NCBI RefSeq assembly: GCF_009914755.1
Contig: NC_060944.1
Length of the DNA stretch: 64,000 nt
From: the human T2T-CHM13v2.0 reference genome, Homo sapiens
Reading direction: 5' to 3' (one strand)
Shown in pieces: positions 58,901 to 64,000 of the stretch (its first letter is position 1; each line of letters begins with the position of its first letter). The notes under the pieces are model-generated. The model was not told where the DNA came from, ran no database searches, and saw only the letters and a list, made by a program, of their open reading frames with translations. A program made the position numbers and the translations under genes.

Positions 58901-59196
58901 TATATATAGTTAAAGGTTAAGACTTGAGGAATGTCACTCACCTGGCAAATTTCTTAAACCATTTCCTCATTTGTAACATGGTAATACCCATTTGTCAGTT
59001 TGCTGGAGGAACAAGTGAGGAAATAAATGTAAATTCTTACCTAAAGTGAGGGAAATATTGGGCTTAGTAACTGTTGGTTAGAACACAAGGGTTATAGGAT
59101 CATTCCCACCACTTTTCCCCAGTTTCACGATCCCAGGGATGGGCAAACCTTGACAAATTTCAATTAAGATTTACAGTATACAACTTGGCAGAACTT

Positions 59197-59359
59197 CTTT
59201 ATCTTTTAAAGATGGGATCTCGCTATATTGCACAGGCCAGAGCTCAGTGGCTATTCACAGGGACCATCACAGCACAGCCTTAAACCCCGGGCTCAAGCAA
59301 TCCTCCTGCTTCAGTCTCCTGAGGATCTGCAATTACAGACATCCACCACCACACCTGGC
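59197..59359 (-). mobile_element. FAM (fossil Alu monomer)
   Basis: Retains the 7SL-derived CAGTGGCTATTCACAGG segment absent from dimeric Alus; TSD TGGCAGAACTT (59186-59196, 59360-59370). Confidence 0.85.
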
Positions 59360-59942
59360 TGGCAGAACTTTTATTTAATAGCCTAGTTTCTTGACTTGGT
59401 TCTTTCTAACCATTTCAAAAGGGTCTGAGCTTGGACACAAGCCTGATGAGACATTGGAGCATGGAAAATTCTGGCCAACACACCATCTTTATTAGGGAAA
59501 ACTGAGAGGCCAATGCTTTTGGGTGTGAGGTCAGATGGAAGGACAACCAGGTGACAAGGCCTCCACTGAGATTCCTGATACAACATCCTGCTCATGTCTG
59601 GGGGAGAAAAAGTGCTCTGCCCAGAATTTTGATGGAATAAGGATTTCAGATAAAAAGGCTTTCAAAAGGCCTTGGAAATGATTTCTTAGAGCAAAAACAA
59701 ATGGGTGCCCAGTGAGTATCTTAATCCAACTTGAGTTTTGCTAATTAGGAAGATTTGATCATTATTCTAAAATAACTTCACTGTAGATAAGAAATCACCT
59801 GGGTCACTTATTCTAAAAACTTCCCAGATCCCCATTTCCCATGCCCAGAGAGTTGGATTCGGGAGTCTTAGGTAGATGCCAGCTGTCTGCACTTTTATCA
59901 AGCACCGCCGGTGATTGTGGTGTTTGTGGGTGATGAGGGCTG

Positions 59943-60345
59943 CAGGTGCACTGGTAAATGTCTAACAACCAGCTTTCTGGGGAAGTAAACCCTGATCCGT
60001 AGCGTCTGCAGTTTTCCGAGGCAGAAACGCTCCCACCAAGGCTGATGTCACTGACTGGGCGCAGAGTTGGGAAGAAAGACGAAGTAGCCCTTCCAGCACA
60101 CAGGTACGCAAATAATCAAATAGACACAAATAACCTTAGGAGCATAGAAGGAGTGAAATGTAGTAAAATGATTAGGAAGTGCTGGGTTGTAATTATGTAC
60201 TATCTTTCTTTTAAATATACCTTATTTAATTCTGTTTATATAATTTGATGGTTAATAGTGGTTCTGTTTATCAACTGGTTCACACAATTCCTAAAAATGT
60301 AACATTAGGCTTTCCCAAGCCAGCACAAGTCAGATTCAGCACATT
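59943..60345 (-). mobile_element. MER63-like hAT DNA transposon
   Basis: CTGGTAAATGTCTAACAACCAGC...AATAACCTTAGGAGCATAG...AGCCAGCACAAGTCAGATTCAGCACA. Confidence 0.65.
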
Positions 60346-60384
60346 GAGCAAGGGGACACTGGTTTGATTCTAAAACAATTGTAT

Positions 60385-60750
60385 GATTCCTGGGGGCAGG
60401 GCCCCGGCAGCTTAGATCGAAGTGCTCCCCAGGTGATGCCAATATTTAGTCAGGGCTGAGAACCACTAACCTAAACCCTCACTACTCAATGTGTGGCCCC
60501 GGAATCTGCTGCATCAACAGAATTTCAGGCCCAGGCCCAGCCCCAGCCCTGCTGAACCAGAATCTTCATTTCAGTAAGAACTCCAGGTGATTCCTGCGTA
60601 GCACCAATGAGGTAAACGACTCAGTGGTTCCCAAACGCCAGTGTATGTGCACCTGCTGGGGCAGAGTCCTTGATGTGAGTTAAAATGCAGATTCCTGGGC
60701 TCACCTTGAGGTCCCCACTCAGTGGATCTGGGGCTCCAGGGATCCGTATT
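60385..60750. mobile_element. Cluster of MER5-type hAT-Charlie fragments
   Basis: CTCCCCAGGTGATGCC...GGGCTGAGAACCACT; CAGTGGTTCCCAAAC...AAAATGCAGATTCCTGGGC; similar pieces at ~7830-7990, 12155-12460 and 59790-59920. Confidence 0.65.
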
Positions 60751-61803
60751 GGGGTGTGATGGGGTTCCCCGTGTGCTCTGAGGCACTTCCTGGTCTGGGA
60801 AAGTGCTGGAGAGGGTTGGATTCAAACAGATTTATGGGATGGAAGGGAAAATCTAACACAAGGAAGACGAATTCTTAAATCTGCACCTAGTGAGTGTCAC
60901 TAGGTAAAGGAGAATGCAAGGATACTGGGAAGAATGCAGAATGATTTCGGGGCCAGGAGGAGCTACTGTTAAGGGAGACCTCGTGCTTGGCCACTGGGGA
61001 TGCTCAGGCGTGCATGTGCCCAGGTGTGGATGGAACAGCATGGGGAGTGGAGTGGCATGGACTTGAGAGTCAGGGTCCTGGATTTGTTTCCCACCCATCA
61101 CTCACGAGCAGTTTCCTAATGGCTCTGAGCTTTGGTTCGTTCTTCTGTGAAATGGGGATTATAATCTTTCCCCTCATAGGGGTTGTTCTGAGAAAACAAT
61201 GAGATGATGCGTGTAGACAGCCAGGCACTCAGTAGGCTCAGCCCATGGTTGCTGCGACTGATAGGATCTCTCTGCGCGTGCCTGTGCACATGTGGTCCTC
61301 ACTATGGTGGTGCAAGAAGATCAGTAGGAGGCGAGCAAGATGCCACACGGGCTAACCCCAGAACTTGATGCTGAGTTCAAGGGCAAACCAGAATGCCAGG
61401 GGAAGTGGACAGAAACCTGGCTTTTGTTAGAAATGCTCCTAACTAAATAGCACTCCTCTGGGAGGGTAAATTAGAAAGGCCAAAGCTACAACCTGCAAAG
61501 GACAGAAAGAACACAAAAGCACATTGTTCCACGATGCTGGGTGGAGGAACAGAGGGAAGTGGGAGGAAAGACTGCTCCTCTGTGTCTGGAAGGGGAAACC
61601 ACTAAGTGAAGAGTCTGAAGGAGTCTATTTTCTTTTCTTTAGTCTTTTCAGCAAAGATAAGCCACAAATAGCTGGCTGGAGCACTTCCCAGCTAGACGGC
61701 TGGCTGATAATGGGATCTGGTTAAAGATACAGGAGGTTGAAAGCATGAAGTCCATGGCGTCTCCAGGTTGCTCAATGAATTGGGCAGATCATCATGTGGC
61801 TTT

Positions 61804-61988
61804 CACTTTTTTTTTTTTTTTTTTTTTTAATTGAGACAGAGTCTTGCTCTGTCACTCTGGCTGGAGTGCAACAGCACAATCACTGCTCACTGCAGCCTCT
61901 GCCTCCCTGGACTCAGGTGATCCTCCCCACTCAGCTTTTCAAGTAGCTAGGACTACAGGCCTGCACCACCACGCCTGGCTAATTTTTG

Positions 61989-62019
<31 letters not shown>

Positions 62020-62328
62020 ATATACGTATATGTATGTGTGTATATATATACACACACATATATGTACATATATGTATGTGCATATATATAAGTATAAATG
62101 TGTGTGTACATATATGTGTGTATATACATATGTATATGTGTGTGTATATGTGTGTGTGTATATATATACACACACATACACACATATATACAAAATATAT
62201 ATAATTTTGTACAGTTGAGCTTTCATCGTGTTGCGCAAGCTGGTCTTAAACTCCTGGACTCAAGCCATCCATCCACCTCGGCCTCCCAAAGTGCTGGGAT
62301 TACAGGTGTGAGCCACCATGCCCAGGCC
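61804..62328 (-). mobile_element. AluJ with ~215-bp TG/TA/CA microsatellite in the middle linker
   Basis: Arms 61833-61988 and 62206-62328; TSD ATCATGTGGCTTT (61791-61803, 62329-62341). Confidence 0.92.
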
Positions 62329-62600
62329 ATCATGTGGCTTTTAGCCCTTTTAGAAAACGCACAAGAGCAGTCCTTGACTCAGAGGAGCAGATAGGAAGCA
62401 GTCTGCAGAGTGGCGGGCCTGGGAATTGAAGGCTACAGTGAACAGCCACGAGGCACAGGGAGTTCAGAGATGGGGACAAATCTTGGGGAGCATCTTACCA
62501 GGAAGGTGTTCTTCACGTCTAAGCCCCCGAGCTCTGTAAGTAGCTCCTGTTGGCCTGTGGGGATTTGCAAGGAGAATGGCAATGGATAGAAAAGGCTTTG

Positions 62601-62880
62601 AGCCAGGGACAGTGGTTCACGTCTGTAATCCCAGCACTTCGGGAGGTGGGTGGATCACCTGAAGTCAGGAGTTCGAGACCAGCCTGACCAACATGGTGAA
62701 ATTCCGTCTCTACTAAAAGTACAAAAATTAGCCTGGTATGGTGGCACGTGCCTGTAGTCCCAGCTACTCAGGAGGCTGAGGCAGAAGAATTGCTTGAAGC
62801 TGGGAGGCGGAGATTACAGTAAGCTGAGATTGCGCCACTCCACTCCAGCCTGGGAAACAGAGTGAGACTCTGTCTCAAAA

Positions 62881-62923
<43 letters not shown>

Positions 62924-62925
62924 AA
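62601..62925 (+). mobile_element. AluSx-like with (TAAA)n tail
   Basis: Dimer with a short left-arm deletion; ~11 TAAA units. Confidence 0.93.
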
Positions 62926-63154
62926 AGAAAATGCTCTTGTTAGAGAAGTTCCTGCCCCACGTGGACTTCTGCTGATAACAGAGCATGGAGCTGGGTTAAT
63001 GGTTGTGCTGCTGTCTGAGAGCTGGCAGAGATGCACACATTCACCTTACTTGTGCCAGCTACTTCCCCCATTCCCCTAGGCTTTATCAGTATTTACTGCA
63101 GGGGCATTCATTGATTTATTCAGACATTTATGGAGTGCCTGCTATGTGCCAGGA

Positions 63155-63845
63155 TGGAGCTGGCTACATAATTAGTAGGGGCCAGTGTGAAATGAAAATA
63201 TAAGACTCTTGATCAAAAAGCAAAAAAAGGTATCACTAAAGGTACGAAAACATTGTTTCTTTTTCTTTCATAGTCTCTCTTTTTGTCTCTCATCATAGAG
63301 TTTTTTGTTATTTAGTGTCCTTCCAAGTAAAGAAACAATGTTTAGCATGAATTTTACTGTTCATCTTTATATTATACGCCCGTTAAGAACGCAAATATAG
63401 AAGGAGTTAACTCATATATGGAATCATTGAAAACACACACTTCCTATTGTGTAGTCTGTACATGGATATATATTTCATTCCTAGCAGAAGAGTTAACACT
63501 TGTCCAAAACTAACAACTGCCTTTATTTCACTTCTTGCTGTGCTCACATGTTACCAACTCCCCATCTTCGGCTTGCTGATGATTAAGGAAGGACTGAGAG
63601 GAAAAGGAACCCTGGAGTGCCCTGTCTTTCCCTTCCCTTCTATAGGATCATTTTCAGCATAAATGGTTGGCTAATACAGGCGATTAACACAGCTTTGATT
63701 GTTCATGTTTCTTAGAATGGCATTGCTTTCTGAGTCTGAAGCAAGCTCTGACTTCAATAGGACGTGTGTCCTGCACTGATGCAAGTTGCAAGACTCACCT
63801 TGTGCTCACTTTGAGCCTCACTGGAGTCCCACGTTATTGTAGGTC
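63155..63845 (+). mobile_element. MER45B/C/R-like hAT-Tip100 element
   Basis: GGCTACATAATTAGTAGGGGCCAGTGTGAAATGAAAAT start, related to the MER45 at 3388; long AT-rich interior. Confidence 0.65.
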
Positions 63846-64000
63846 CATTGTAGGTAGGTACAACCTAAGGAGCAGATACTGGTATTAACCCATTTTACAG
63901 ATGAGAGTTCTGGGATACAGAGGTGAAGGGACATCTTTGAGGTCCCAAAGCTGGTGAAGGGTGGAGCTATTTTCTAGCTGAGATAACCCAGCCTCAGAGT

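Noticed and set aside
61844-62394. Stacked ORFs rich in C/V/Y/I/H/T (also 53156-53480)
   Set aside because: Artefacts of stop-poor microsatellites.

Overview
Primate (human-like) non-genic or intronic DNA. It is rich in Alus (about 28 Alu/FAM pieces, including AluY-type copies) and also carries ancient L1M, L2, MIR, MaLR/ERV solo LTRs and DNA-transposon fossils. I see no CpG island and no intact protein-coding gene. The only gene-derived sequence is a full-length, disabled processed pseudogene of ribosomal protein SA (RPSA/laminin receptor) on the minus strand (15287-16339), with a 16-bp target-site duplication. A near full-length L1ME-age LINE (about 29.4-38.0 kb) hosts a stack of nested insertions. 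I find no convincing new multi-gene system. The most unusual observations are structural: (i) a 115-nt, 52-bp-stem hairpin in an AT-rich patch at about 18.0 kb; (ii) a MADE1/Hsmar1 mariner shell whose interior looks replaced by a copy of a Tigger2 element 1.4 kb upstream; (iii) a ~390-bp L1 remnant keeping both ends plus a locally similar ORF1 segment; (iv) an ultra-short L1PA insertion with a target deletion; (v) a ~290-bp direct duplication; (vi) an ERV1 solo LTR pointing at the pseudogene; and (vii) several repeat-free, homeodomain-motif-dense blocks that look like distal enhancers. Repeat subfamily names come from my recollection of consensus sequences and need RepeatMasker/Dfam confirmation. 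Coordinates of old repeats are approximate.
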